Shown piece after piece: positions 51,001 through 57,179 of a DNA stretch of 64,000 nt (position 1 is the first letter of the stretch; every line of letters begins with the position of its first letter). The stretch covers positions 531,109 through 595,108 of the forward strand of contig JADJNH010000007.1 of the NCBI GenBank assembly GCA_016714365.1, in the 5' to 3' direction. The translations under genes were made by a program, and so were the position numbers. The notes under the pieces were generated by a model that was given only the letters and a program-made list of their open reading frames with translations, was not told where the DNA came from and did not search any database. The DNA comes from Candidatus Vicinibacter affinis (GTDB lineage Bacteria; Bacteroidota; Bacteroidia; Chitinophagales; Saprospiraceae).

Positions 51001-54000
51001 TTCAATTGCGTACAACTGAGCCACCGTTGCGGCAGCACCAGTAATACCTTCAAAAGTCGCTGTGGTGCCGTTAAGATCTCGATTGTACTCTAGCATCTCA
51101 ACATAACTGCCAGATTGTCCGCTAAATGCTACGTTGTTCAAGGTGGCTCCGGTGAGCGCATCGTAGGGTGTGAAGCCGACTGTTGCAGGGTCCGGATAAT
51201 CCAACTGAATACCTTTAGCGCCGTTGGAGAGGGTTACTCCTGCACCCAGGGTGAGCGCTACGGTGCGTTTGTTAATAAGTGGAGCGGGGTTTGACGTGGT
51301 CCAGGTTGCGTCGTCTTTAAGTTTGATGGCGGTGCCACCAGTATTTAAGGTGAAGGATACGCCGCTGATATCGGCATGTGCGCCGACTGCTGCGGTGCCA
51401 AAATTGGTGGCAGGATCGGTATCTTTGTTTTTAAGGAAAATCCCGATTGCGACATTGCTTACCGAGCCGCTGGATATTTGGCCATAGTGGTCCACATTGC
51501 TGCCGTCTCGGTTATTGTCTACATAATACAACCAATAGCCATGACCTGTTGCTCCAGGTTCCAAAGCAGCACCATTAATAGTGTTATTAGTTGCTTCCCA
51601 ATACTCCGGTGTTCCAACCAAAGGAAGGTTGGGCTGGTTTAGGAAATTTTGTGGAGCGGAAACGGTAGCGTATATGAAGCCATACCAGGTTGTCCTTGGA
51701 GTAATTGGTGGATTGGCATCACCTGGTGCCGCAGGAGCTACTGAAATATTATTATCCTTTAAGTTATATGGAGATGCGTGGAAAAGGTTCGTCCAAATAC
51801 CCGCAAAGCGTGCTGTAATGGTATTATTTTCAATTACCCTATCGGAAGCATTTCCCATATCCTTTATGCGGAAAGAACTGAATGCAATACCATTTTCTGC
51901 GTTCGTCACTGTATTATTCGTTACTTTGGCAAACATGGAGTTACCAAGACGAATGCCGGTTGATCGTACATTTTCAATCTTGTTGTCGTCTATTAAGATA
52001 CTGTGCGAGAAGAGAGCAGGACCACCTGAAGCAGTATAATTGGTTGTTTGCTCAATACGAATACCATTCTCCAACTTGGTGGAAATATTCTTAGCAATCG
52101 TAATACCACTTACCCCATTGGCGTTGATAAATATACCTCGAACAGCATCATTGGACAGCCCGTGAGCGCCGCCCAATCCTACACCACTATTTGGGAGTGA
52201 CGGATTGTCGCCATCCACTTTGAAGCCTTTGAAATTTACATTGGAAACCGTTATGGTGACAATAGCCCCACTTGCCGTATTTGTAGTCGCAGGCACAATA
52301 ATGGCCTCTGCCACCCTCATTCCGCTATTAGGCGAGATGGCAGCATTAGGGCCGTTAATGGTTAGGGATTTGTTAACAACAATATTTTCAGCATAAGTGC
52401 CAGCACTAACATTTATTGTATGAGAATTTATTGTATTACCATCATTTATTGCTGCTTGGATATTACAGAAGGTCTCGCCATTATTAGTATTTGTAACTAA
52501 ACCATAATTATTTGAAGAAATTACATTTCTTACATTTACGGTATTTGCACTGAAAATGTTTGTATTATCAATAACATTACCACAAGCGTATGGTGAATTG
52601 CCTCGTCCAAAATACATTGGTGATAACACAGGCATAGATCCACTTCCAGTAGAACCATCGCCTGGGTAATTAGAGAAAGGATGTAAACCTCCTTGTTGCT
52701 GAATAGCCACATCACAATTATTAACTGTATTTCCTGATACAGTGTGATTGGTTCCTTCAATTACAATTCCAAATCCTTCCTCCCCATTACCAGCGGTTTG
52801 ACGATAATCTTCTACAGTATTTCCAGACACTGTAACTCCATTTGGAATGTCAACATTATTATAAAAAACAGAGCGTCTGAAAACAGCTATTCCGGCACGA
52901 TCACGTTGATCAGAATTTAATGTAGTTAATTTTACATTATTGCCGGAAACGGTTACTCCACCTGAAGGATTTTTAATTTCGATCCCAAAACGACCACCAC
53001 CTGTAATTGTATTATTGTTAATCAAATTTGCTCCAACAGAAAAATTTAAACCGGTTAAACCAATGGCATTATCTCCGCCACCAATGTCAAGAGTGTTTCC
53101 TGTAACAGTAACGCCTGATGCGTCGCCATCCTGTAATTCAATACCACAACAAGAGTTGTTTGATACTAAATTATTGGAAATTGTAATATTGGTTTTTAAT
53201 CCATCCCATAATACAATACCGCGAAGTCCAGGTCCATGATTAATAACACGAGAATTAGTTATCGACACATTATTAATGCCAGTTAAAGCTCCTCCAAAAA
53301 TGCCATGATTGGATGGATTATTTTGAACCGTTACCCTATGAATGGTAAGATCATTATTTGAGCTTGTAGCAAAAATTGCTGCAGTCGAATTTCCTGAGGT
53401 GCCGGTAAAATTTTGTATTCTCATTTCCTTTATGCTCACATTAGTGACTCCTCCATTGATAGCTATACCGCTTCCACTTCCCAATCCCGTTCCATCTAAG
53501 ATACATGCAGCACTATCTAAACCTTGCAAGGTCAAGCCTTTGTCTATCACTACTCGCTGTGTATAAGTCCCAGATTGCAAGTTTATAATGTTGCCAACCT
53601 CTGCATAATTCACTGAATTCTGAATCTGATCAATTTTAGTAATTGGCACCGTAAAATTGTTGACGTATTGAGTATTCGTAACATAAGTAACTTTTCCTTT
53701 TTTGGAAGCACTTACTTCTTTATGAGCCATTCTAGCTTCAACATCAAACAATTGAGCATTCGATAGTGCATTAAATGCCACTCCGGATAAGGTTGAAGAA
53801 GTAATATCTAATCTAAAAGACACTGCTACATTACTTAAATTGATCATGGTAGATGCAGCATTGTTTATAAAATCATTTGCACCCAAGACATACGAGCCAG
53901 TTGTTGGGACATTGCCACCAAAACTGATTTGAGTTCCATTATTATTAATAGTATTACCAGAGACTGTGACATTGTTGTTCATGTCATCGATGTTCATACC

Positions 54001-55563
54001 AGTACGGCAATTCAAAATAGTATTTCCAGTAACTGAAACTGTGAATGGACCTTGGTCTACATAAATACCATTATTCCAAGACTTGTGTCCACTAAATAAT
54101 CCTCCAGATGCGTCTCCAAAGATTTTATTATTAGTGATAACTTTGTTACCACCTGCTGTAGTAGTTGCTATAGCACGAATTATTTGTCCTGTATTCGAAC
54201 CATTTCTTTCAAAAATACAATTCTTCACTGTGTCGATGCCACCACCATCTAATTCAATCTGATTTGCAAAGCCTGGATCGCCATCATTCCTTAAGATGTG
54301 TAAACCGTCTAATGTAGTATTACCAGCATTATTTATGTCAATAGAACAATTCAACAATATTGCTTCAGCCACACGTACACCTATCCCTGGGATTCCCACA
54401 TTAGGACCTCTTAAAGTAATCGGCTTATGAATATTAATATTCTCCGTATAACTTCCAGCATCACACAAAATCACGTCATTTGCCATTGCAGCATCAATGG
54501 CTTCTTGAATGGTACCATGGTCTGTCAACTGTGTAAGGTTATGTACCGGCGTCATACCAAAAACTCCAAAAGTTGAGAAGCTGATATATGGTCCTGTATT
54601 GGAGGTTTCATAAGGTCCAGTCCCACTCACTGTTGTATTTTGATAAGTCCAAGAGGCACCATTATTTTTGCCAACACTGGCGGGACTGTTTTTTACATTG
54701 TTTGGATCGGTGGGAAAGCCAAATTTTAAGTTTACATCGCTGCCACCCATCCCAGCTTCAGTGACGGTCCATTCAAACTCTGCAAAGCGGGGACCATTTG
54801 GTGTTGGCGCTGTAAATTCGGATAAATTTGCACGGTCAACTACTGAAGCAGTAAGGTCATCCGTGGTATGAGCCCCCGTAGCACTAACAGTGACAGGAGT
54901 ATATCCAGCCATTGTACCTATCGGAAATGCCACGGTACCACTAGTCGGCACAGTAAGGGTTAAGCTGCCTGGTGGAGGCGGAGGTGGTGCTGCTAAACTA
55001 GCTTTTACCAGTTCATTGTGTGAATAATTTATATGATATTTACCTGGATCCAATGTTCCAGACTTAACATCAAATTCATCTAAAACATAAATATTTCCCA
55101 ATAACCTAACGGTTTTACCGGGAGCATCCATGACAATGCCCTTCACTATGGAAGTGCCGGAAGTCAATAGACTCACCCCGGACCTGATCGTCAACACCTC
55201 TTCCACCACAGCAGGCAATACGATCATCTGACCGTCCACCGCATGATCCAAAACATACTGCAACTGGGCAGCGGCAGGCTTTGGTGAAGCGGCATTGTAG
55301 CCATTTGCAAAAGCGAATCCTGTGCTCAACATAAAGGCAAGGATCAAACTAAGTGCATTGAAGTTTTTCAACTGCTTGGAGGGTAGATGTAAATTCATAA
55401 AGCTTTGTTTTGTGTAGGGATGAGGATGTGATTTCATTGATTCTGATTTTTCCAGGGTTTCTGGCAGGTGATTATGGTATTTTGAACTTGTAGGCATATT
55501 GAAGGGCTGTGCAACTTTTACACAGGGGTAGTCCTCATTATTGAAAATTTTGTGGATGTTCAT
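36070..55563 (-). CDS. Giant (up to 6497-aa) T9SS-secreted protein: five parallel beta-helix modules, a LamG-like domain, long HYR arrays and a T9SS C-terminal domain
   Basis: A single ORF. The likely true start is ATG 55398 (MNLHLPSKQLKNFNALSLILAFMLSTGFAFA, a signal peptide), because the 55 codons upstream have no signal character. Five beta-helix cap motifs (..IQ.AI.....G.T..V.AGTY.EN..V.K.LTI.G.N) are each followed by Asn-rich PbH1-like turns. HYR-type units read CP.NI.V....G.C.A.V.Y..P.G.DNCPG......G..SG..FP.G.T.N.F.V.D..GN...CSF.VTV.D. Confidence 0.9.
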   Translation of the reverse strand: MNIHKIFNNEDYPCVKVAQPFNMPTSSKYHNHLPETLEKSESMKSHPHPYTKQSFMNLHLPSKQLKNFNALSLILAFMLSTGFAFANGYNAASPKPAAAQLQYVLDHAVDGQMIVLPAVVEEVLTIRSGVSLLTSGTSIVKGIVMDAPGKTVRLLGNIYVLDEFDVKSGTLDPGKYHINYSHNELVKASLAAPPPPPPGSLTLTVPTSGTVAFPIGTMAGYTPVTVSATGAHTTDDLTASVVDRANLSEFTAPTPNGPRFAEFEWTVTEAGMGGSDVNLKFGFPTDPNNVKNSPASVGKNNGASWTYQNTTVSGTGPYETSNTGPYISFSTFGVFGMTPVHNLTQLTDHGTIQEAIDAAMANDVILCDAGSYTENINIHKPITLRGPNVGIPGIGVRVAEAILLNCSIDINNAGNTTLDGLHILRNDGDPGFANQIELDGGGIDTVKNCIFERNGSNTGQIIRAIATTTAGGNKVITNNKIFGDASGGLFSGHKSWNNGIYVDQGPFTVSVTGNTILNCRTGMNIDDMNNNVTVSGNTINNNGTQISFGGNVPTTGSYVLGANDFINNAASTMINLSNVAVSFRLDITSSTLSGVAFNALSNAQLFDVEARMAHKEVSASKKGKVTYVTNTQYVNNFTVPITKIDQIQNSVNYAEVGNIINLQSGTYTQRVVIDKGLTLQGLDSAACILDGTGLGSGSGIAINGGVTNVSIKEMRIQNFTGTSGNSTAAIFATSSNNDLTIHRVTVQNNPSNHGIFGGALTGINNVSITNSRVINHGPGLRGIVLWDGLKTNITISNNLVSNNSCCGIELQDGDASGVTVTGNTLDIGGGDNAIGLTGLNFSVGANLINNNTITGGGRFGIEIKNPSGGVTVSGNNVKLTTLNSDQRDRAGIAVFRRSVFYNNVDIPNGVTVSGNTVEDYRQTAGNGEEGFGIVIEGTNHTVSGNTVNNCDVAIQQQGGLHPFSNYPGDGSTGSGSMPVLSPMYFGRGNSPYACGNVIDNTNIFSANTVNVRNVISSNNYGLVTNTNNGETFCNIQAAINDGNTINSHTINVSAGTYAENIVVNKSLTINGPNAAISPNSGMRVAEAIIVPATTNTASGAIVTITVSNVNFKGFKVDGDNPSLPNSGVGLGGAHGLSNDAVRGIFINANGVSGITIAKNISTKLENGIRIEQTTNYTASGGPALFSHSILIDDNKIENVRSTGIRLGNSMFAKVTNNTVTNAENGIAFSSFRIKDMGNASDRVIENNTITARFAGIWTNLFHASPYNLKDNNISVAPAAPGDANPPITPRTTWYGFIYATVSAPQNFLNQPNLPLVGTPEYWEATNNTINGAALEPGATGHGYWLYYVDNNRDGSNVDHYGQISSGSVSNVAIGIFLKNKDTDPATNFGTAAVGAHADISGVSFTLNTGGTAIKLKDDATWTTSNPAPLINKRTVALTLGAGVTLSNGAKGIQLDYPDPATVGFTPYDALTGATLNNVAFSGQSGSYVEMLEYNRDLNGTTATFEGITGAAATVAQLYAIENKILHDIDDSDLGYVSVKANTTSVTQTSFSNPSTTTPSIQRGINALGSAGRVNIEGGATAYTGGADATGKTVTLAPGSSPSCVTITGNLVLNSGDILDIEADGTTACTLYDQFIVNGTVTLGGATLNLILGYIPANGNQLKIIDNDLADAVSGQFAQGNVITVSGYTFDINYAGGDGNDVVLTKCAGVMNTTTLEKFCTIQAAIDDPQTLNGHTLMVSAGTFNENVTVTKELTIIGAGKGSNPATNTVLTPSSSCTGVGFTVSASNVTLQNIYVTNYQDAVLLNGVGNPTLNNIALVDYCRYGVNLGGNNSSVDIINTDIQRTTYLGATVGVRGGTANAVNGFVMDGCTVTGNTQGFNIAQATTPVAFDNINIKNSTISNNFEKGLYFEKLSNAILENLTMDNNGTNPAYGFNNGVDINLKYGSYSNITIQNCDITNSGFTGTAGDLQNPAAITIKARDDAPSYNTIPASLSNVTIKNNKITGPRNGIRIGEIGKVNATPSNVVIEGNDLSFAFAHKAVISRITSDINVVCNWHGTTDLGIILNTFVEGASGDILLGTVLSTGVDASGNVGFQPAGSCQCANNNLVTNTNTSETFCDIQSAIDDPQTLNGHTLSVGAGTYVENIVVNKQLTILGPNANIDPCSATPRVAEAIVVPATAAISSGEIFHVAASNVTIKGFTIDGDNTAITSGFSSTNGADIDAAEGITVYETGINNLTASNNIIQNLSYFGLTLYDYPAGVPSTGHTITNNKIQNLGTYDAGSGINFWGGGVLLYNNQYAAVTNNCMTNVRLGIQTGNFSQANPGANTYQSISNNTIQSRRVGVFHNLHYSSASPFTLSTNTLTTLDNTNETGWRGILLGSLQNTASFITNNIINGTGSTRSVVEGINVWNCQVAPTISGGNITNTKIGINVNNYEGYTSNADPTFATIDGVIVTGATIAGIRVHDNPLNTNGATVFAEIKGNTNVSGSPVGILVLGPDASATVKNNPLSINGNTIGIDVDGGSALIENNHIYDNGIGVRFINSGTGTVKTNKFFETLLPNGKDLQLAANAGSVTATDNNWFSGTTYGVENLSPTDVDATKNYWNAASGPGPVGPGTGANITTKVIFCQFFNNVPPLLGGTGILVSPTATIVVTETSGTYPNDAIICSGDNVTLDATTAGATAYLWSPGGATTPSITVSPVSNTTYTVTVTIPGCPMVKSQLITVDGVAPTVIDPADVTINGCSTAVLPQAKQINVGPAQAPQTYYPDRYPPFGFAVSNFMGGDRIKQQIDASDCETCRPPAYQSAFYNTQGRKYDIGNALSFSMDLFIPSSWATTGRRMAGMWGSAFNNLNVVVAYPIIEFTSDGGVPRFRGWDNNTGWVDMGLPAGFAYDTWQTLVVRLVGNQFVYKVGNLVLNTPAFASTYIGNVILQGHNTASPGVTYDIYWDNFRTLGVNLPYSTTTSAISESQYFAEGGSATDVSPGLSFSYIDVLNGTCPQVVNRTFTITDGCSYSSTATQAITIQDLVAPTLTGTPYPGTTGNNGCKANAATVAPFNATNAIQGYSDNCMGPVTATLTNTNITGTDCNWTVTYTFDIKDGCGNTLSGQTYSNTGSDQTPPTFTSCPTTITVNVAPGLCGRSVTYAAPTATDNCSGIPTIVKVDGSGYMSGDFFPVGTTLQKFEATDACGNKSTCMFNVVVIDNELPIITGCPNSIVKSTDPGLCTALVTWVAPTASDNCPGVSLSLSPNLPPGSIFPKGTTNMTYTATDVSGNTKLCLFSVTVNDNELPQITCPSNIVVNADAGLCSAVVTYTTPVGTDNCPSPMTTQTAGLASGAAFPVGLTTNTFKVTDGSMNMATCSFTVTVNDNQNPVITDCPDDVTVSCAADATIANTGGPAIATDNCPGVVVTVTEVVTNQTCDHRFTLTRTWKATDATGNTATCTQVVTVNDVTAPSLTGTPYAGTTGTNACKADAATAAPFSASNAILGYTDNCTGALTATLTNTNVTGTDCGWTVTYTFTVKDVCGNELTGRTYSNTGSDQTAPTLTGTPYAGFSGTNACKANAATAAPFNATNAKLGYTDNCSGPVTATLTNTVVTGTDCNWTVTYTFSVLDECNNALTNRTYSNTGSDQTPPAITCASGSPFTRGTTLGYCGYIVSGTEFNATASDLCGGAVTITNNFNLTNTLANDTLPTGTTTIIWTATDACGNSSSCTIMVTVNDGENPQVFCKIGKGLDFDGTNEYVTVADNAVLEGMGALTVMGWMKIDALPVQNYAPIAKENAYRLIIGANGSFHFVVATNSNGWYSAGTVGSGGSNLLPTNKWIHVAGVYTGSKVNVYVNGVLMGTSTGTISGNIVNNGSPLTMAFKTSSNIDYFNGKMDEVGVFNQALTAAQIKTYLGTSLLGTEPGLVAYYNLEEGTGTVAKDIAGSAQNGTLVNMENVDWIRTPFGPNNSITVNTDPGMCKTALIFDVATIDNCGIISNLNNFNNTGNASGDYLKGTTVVTWTATDAVPNTGTCSFTVIVNDSILPVITCPVNQTKNTDLGECNYTAVGTEFDPTSFNDNCPMASIVNNYDMTSSLAGSDFPKGVTTVMWTVTDMSNNTATCTFTITVNDNENPTISCPTTQTQYLDANCKTLLADYIGLATANDNCPMYVVTQSPAIGTMYTGEQTVIVTLTVTDMSNNTATCNFNVLLEDNTPPSITCPGNVTLNAVTGSCEQTHSWTIPTPLDNCGIASLTVSPSNPSVNIINIPPTALALFPVGVTTVTYTATDINGNSTTCSFTVTIVDNQPPIISNCPTNIGPLGNDPGLCGRTVSWNEPTASDNCPGVMLTTTPPNANGSFFSVGVPTLVTYKATDAGGLMTTCSFTVTIIDTEAPQITCPANITASNDAGMCSAVVNYTAPVGTDNCPGSVTVKQSGLASGSSFPVGVSTIVYKVTDVPGAMATCSFTVTVNDTELPAISCPSNISVPNDNNLCSAVVTYTAPVGTDNCPAPNTVQTAGLASGATFPVGVTTNTFKVTDASGNTATCSFTVTVTDAQAPQITCPSPIVKSNDPGLCSALVTYTAPTGTDNCPGANSIQTAGQASGSYFPVGVTTNTFKVTDAGGLTATCSFTVTVNDTEAPQITCPNNITVSTDAGLCTAVVNYTTPVGTDNCPGVTTARIAGLASGAAFPKGTTNVTYEATDAGGVKASCSFTVTVNDNELPQITCPANIVVSNTVGQCAAVVNYTAPVGTDNCAGANTIQTAGLASGASFPVGVTTNTFKVTDAMGNTATCSFTVTVNDTELPAISCPSNISVPNDANLCSAVVTYNAPVGTDNCPGPNTVQTAGLASGATFPVGVTTNTFKVTDAAGNTATCSFTVTVTDAQGPQITCPANIVKNNDPGLCSALVNYTAPIGTDNCPGANTIQTAGLASASYFPVGVTTNTFKVTDASGNMATCSFTVTVTDTEVPQIVCPGNIIVANDNGNCSAIVNYTAPVGTDNCPGANTVQTAGLPSGSSFPVGVTVNTFKVTDGASNTATCSFTITVNDEEAPQITCPANIVTTNTPGLCSKVVTYTTPVGTDNCPGANTTQTAGLPSGAAFPVGVTTNTFQVEDAEGNITTCSFTVTVNDSEAPQITCPTNIVVSNDPGLCSALVTYTAPVGTDNCPGTNTIQTAGLASGSYFPVGTTTNTFKVTDAAGNTMTCSFTVTVNDTELPQISCPNNITVSTDAGLCTAVVNYATPVGTDNCPGANTIQTAGLASGAAFPKGTTTNTFKVTDATGNMMVCSFTVTVNDNELPQITCPANIITNTTPGLCTAVVNYTAPTGTDNCPGANTIQTTGLASGAIFPKGVTTNTFKVTDAMGNTATCSFTVTVNDNELPQITCPANVVVSNDAGYCSAEVNYTPPTGSDNCPGQNTVQTSGLGSGSAFPVGVTTNTFKVTDASGNTATCSFTVTVNDTEDPQITCPANIVEDSDPGICSALVTYTAPVGTDNCPNPNTVQTAGQPSGTYFPVGVTTNTFEVTDASGNTASCSFTITVNDIEDPIILNCPETRAIEGCNTGAITSPAYSATLATTTYAIFSGAPNNGDAIENCGITLVQYQDVASGTCPITVTRTWTISDAAGNSDVCVQTITVDDTQNPVINACAVTRNIEGCNTGAISGPAYSATEANSSEAEFENGTNQGDASDICGIATVKYQDSKSGTCPIVVTRTWKITDACGNQTTCIQTINVDDTQAPTITVCPATRTIEGCGLGSIDNPPFSMTWAASTYSVYSSAPNNGAATDACGIVTVEYKDAASGECPVVVTRTWRLTDACGNSSTCNQTISVDDTQAPSISVCPVTRNINGCSTADITGPVYSATTKVSSYAVFSNATNQGAATDVCGINAVTYKDVASGTCPIVVTRTWTVSDVCGNSTTCNQIINVLDVTAPDIEDCAEARDISGCTTADITDPPYSAVRTASTEAVFESSPNWGNVSDTCGIVTVEYKDVAVGTCPMTVTRTWYFKDACGNESSCNQIITVDDNINPTPTCPANITQPNATGVCGATVTFSGSATDNCSGMPVITYSKNSGTFFNVGTTTVTMTATDGCGNSATCTFTVTVNDTTKPTVITKPVTLYLNALGTATLLTANVNNGSYDNCAITSLTLSKTSFNCSNIGPNTVTLTAKDAANNMGMNTAVVTILDTIKPNVTCKNITVDLVGGTKTITPIQVRLTATDNCGSPTLSINKSVFTCADPINNNVVLTATDASGNSKTCTSVVTIRYKPTCSITLTPATGAYTGGIPNNVYLGYGPQTVLMTCNPTGGSGFTYSWSPTTYLINCTNCQSPTFAPTVPGNFTYTVTVTNSNGCTTTCSVTFCVKDVKVPGSNGGSIYVCHSGVTTPVTIASVPTHVPGHGGDKIGKCDDLCGPPPAFAGHQEEQWNGHDHDHEGGLDDHNFGISELVEPTRYVKVFPNPTSYFFNLFINSDDKSDIEMSVFNSYGKMVEKRFYKNQTDAAEFGENYPDGVYILHLRQGQWTKTMKLVKQNR
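36073..36315 (-). other. T9SS type A C-terminal sorting domain of giant gene 2
   Basis: The last 81 aa are RYVKVFPNPTSYFFNLFINSDDKSDIEMSVFNSYGKMVEKRFYKNQTDAAEFGENYPDGVYILHLRQGQWTKTMKLVKQNR. Confidence 0.8.
37579..39018 (-). repeat. Intragenic tandem array: 5 x 288 bp (96-aa Cys-containing modules)
   Basis: Each of the five consecutive 96-aa units starts (T/I)(Q/E).P.I..C...R.I.GC.T..I..P.YSA... and ends ..G.CP..VTRTW...D.CGN...C.Q.I.V.D. Boundaries were set by hand counting. Confidence 0.8.
39019..42717 (-). repeat. Intragenic tandem array of 15 HYR-type units (one of 85 aa and fourteen of 82 aa; 246-bp period)
   Basis: 15 back-to-back units total 1233 aa, which equals the 3699 nt of this span exactly. 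Several units are near-identical, for example TELPAISCPSNISVPND(N/A)NLCSAVVTY... at about 42145 and about 41161, which is 984 bp or 4 units apart. Confidence 0.88.
43880..44380 (-). other. LamG/concanavalin-A-like lectin domain (Laminin_G_3-like)
   Basis: LDFDGTNEYVTVADNAVLEGMGALTVMGWMKIDALP...WIHVAGVYTGSKVNVYVNGVL...FNGKMDEVGVFNQALTAAQI is the classic pattern for this domain. Confidence 0.65.
47880..54530 (-). other. Region of five consecutive right-handed parallel beta-helix (pectate-lyase-fold-like) modules (approximate bounds)
   Basis: Cap motifs lie near 54400-54540, 53540-53640, 52330-52480, 50290-50430 and 49090-49230. Examples are FCNIQAAINDGNTINSHTINVSAGTYAENIVVNKSLTINGPNA, FCTIQAAIDDPQTLNGHTLMVSAGTFNENVTVTKELTIIGAG and FCDIQSAIDDPQTLNGHTLSVGAGTYVENIVVNKQLTILGPNA. 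Each is followed by repetitive N.I.NN..GI turns. Confidence 0.65.
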
Positions 55564-55834
55564 TGGATTAGGTTTTGTTCAGGACTCGTGCCGAATGTAT
55601 CTCTGCACACGCAAGTACTGAAATGGTTTGTTGCTCCTGACCCTGAAGTAGGTAGCTGAAGAAATATTGAAATGGATGGTACAAAAGTATGACTGCTTAC
55701 CGTCGGTGCGTGTTCCTGAAATCTGTACGGATGAAGCATAGAAGTTTTGGTTTTGTAGTTTTCTAAGTAAAATAAAGTTATTAAAGTATAAAAAACAAAC
55801 ACTCTTCCGAATAGGATCCGGTCGAGTCTTTGGC

Positions 55835-55842
55835 CAAAAGTA
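55835..55842 (-). promoter_or_regulatory. Candidate Bacteroidetes -7 box TACTTTTG upstream of giant gene 2
   Basis: The minus strand reads tacttttg (TAnnTTTG). A TTG lies 22 nt further upstream, which is slightly long spacing. This would imply a leader of about 270-440 nt. Confidence 0.25.
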
Positions 55843-55984
55843 AATAAATATCTGGATTTTGAGCCAAATTTGTTAATTATTTTTATATAAAGCTTTCCAA
55901 ATGGTAGGTTTTTGTGGTTTTTTGGTAATTTTTTGGCTTTGGGAGGACATTATGAAGGGTTTCGTTCTTGGGTTTGGGGGAAAT

Positions 55985-56560
55985 TTTGAGTGTGGAGGGG
56001 GAGGGGGCTAAGCGGGACGCGTTCAACTCTCCCCCCAATAAATTGGGGGCACGGCCCCGGCCCTTCTCTTAAAAGAGAAGGGAGGAAGACTACTTGGGAT
56101 GTGTTTCCATCTACAAGCTTTAAGCCGGGAGGTTCAAAGCAACCATGATGGGGAACTGAGCGGGACGCGTTCAACTCTCCCCCCAATAAATTGGGGGCAC
56201 GGCCCCGGCCCTTCTCTTAAAAGAGAAGGGAGGAAGACCAATAGGGATGTGTTACCATCTACAAGCTTTAGGCTGGGAGGTTCAAAGCAACAGAAAGGGT
56301 TGTTTCATGCGTCCTCGCTTAAAACTGACGCGGGTGGAAAAGGAGGGTGTTGCTTTCCTTTGTAAGCAGTACGTAAGCTTTAAGCCAGGAGGCTCAAAGC
56401 AACCTTGATGCTGCGGGAGGCTCAAAGCAACCGAAAGGGTTGTTTCATGCGTCCTCGCTTGAAACTGACGGGTATGTAAAGGAGGTTCTTACTACCCATT
56501 ATTAGGCAGTACGTAAGCTTTAAGCCAGGAGGCTCAAAGCAACCTTGATGCTGCTATTGA
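55985..56560. repeat. Composite repeat block: family A hairpin units plus family B units
   Basis: A ~148-bp unit is repeated twice in tandem (56008-56155 and 56156-~56300: ct(a/g)agcgggacgcgttcaactctccccccaataaattgggggcacggccccggcccttctcttaaaagagaagggaggaagac...ctacaagcttta.gc.gggaggttcaaagcaac). Family B pieces (ggaggctcaaagcaaccgaaagggttgtttcatgcgtcctcgctt.aaactgacg and cagtacgtaagctttaagccaggaggctcaaagcaaccttgatgctgc) each occur twice. Confidence 0.85.
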
Positions 56561-56671
56561 TGTTTATGTCGCGGTTGCAAACCACGATCATTAGTGCATT
56601 ATGTTGACTAAGCCATGTTATTGTAAAAATATTTAACTATCTTTACGTTATTAAGTACGTAATTACGCTAT

Positions 56672-56935
56672 ATGGAAGTTTTAAATTATTCAACGCTAAG
56701 GTCTAATCTTAAAGCTGTACTGGATTCTGTTGTAGATGACCACGAGACGGTTATTATCACCAGGGGTGATGATAATGCGGTAATCATCTCGCTGGAAGAA
56801 TACAATAGCTGGCAGGAAACATTGCACCTGCTCAGCACGGAAAATAACAGAAAAAGGCTCTCAGAAGCCATCAACCGGGATAAAAAAGGACAGTTTAAAA
56901 AACATAAACTGATCAGTGATCATGAAGGATCTTAG
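56672..56935 (+). CDS. yefM: Type II antitoxin, Phd/YefM family
   Basis: 87 aa: MEVLNYSTLRSNLKAVLDSVVDDHETVIITRGDDNAVIISLEEYNSWQETLHLLSTENNRKRLSEAI, the canonical YefM N-terminal fold sequence. It overlaps the toxin gene. Confidence 0.88.
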   Translation: MEVLNYSTLRSNLKAVLDSVVDDHETVIITRGDDNAVIISLEEYNSWQETLHLLSTENNRKRLSEAINRDKKGQFKKHKLISDHEGS

Positions 56936-57179
56936 TTGGGACAAAGACGCCTGGGAAGACTATCTTTATTGGCAATTGAATGACAAAAATACCCTCAAAC
57001 GAATCAACAAATTAATCGTCGGAATTCAAAGAGACCCTTTTGCTGGTATCGGCAAACCTGAATCACTAAAATCAAATTTGGCTGGCTATTATTCACGCAG
57101 AATTGATACCGAACATCGACTGGTCTATGCGGTTTATGAAGACAGAATTCATATCATCCAATGCAGATTACATTATTAA
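56922..57179 (+). CDS. yoeB: Type II toxin, Txe/YoeB family mRNA interferase
   Basis: MKDLSWDKDAWEDYLYWQLNDKNTLKRINKLIVGIQRDPFAGIGKPESLKSNLAGYYSRRIDTEHRLVYAVYEDRIHIIQCRLHY carries the YoeB hallmarks (W.DY.YW, GKPE.L...L.G..SRRI...HRLVY, C..HY). The ATG at 56922 is preferred over the GTG at 56916 used by the track. Confidence 0.9.
   Translation: MKDLSWDKDAWEDYLYWQLNDKNTLKRINKLIVGIQRDPFAGIGKPESLKSNLAGYYSRRIDTEHRLVYAVYEDRIHIIQCRLHY

Noticed and set aside
55560-55802. 80-aa ORF immediately upstream of, and overlapping the annotated start of, giant gene 2
   Set aside because: It has no recognisable motif, an odd composition, and lies within the presumed 5' leader. It overlaps the annotated start by 4 nt only because that start is itself probably too far upstream.
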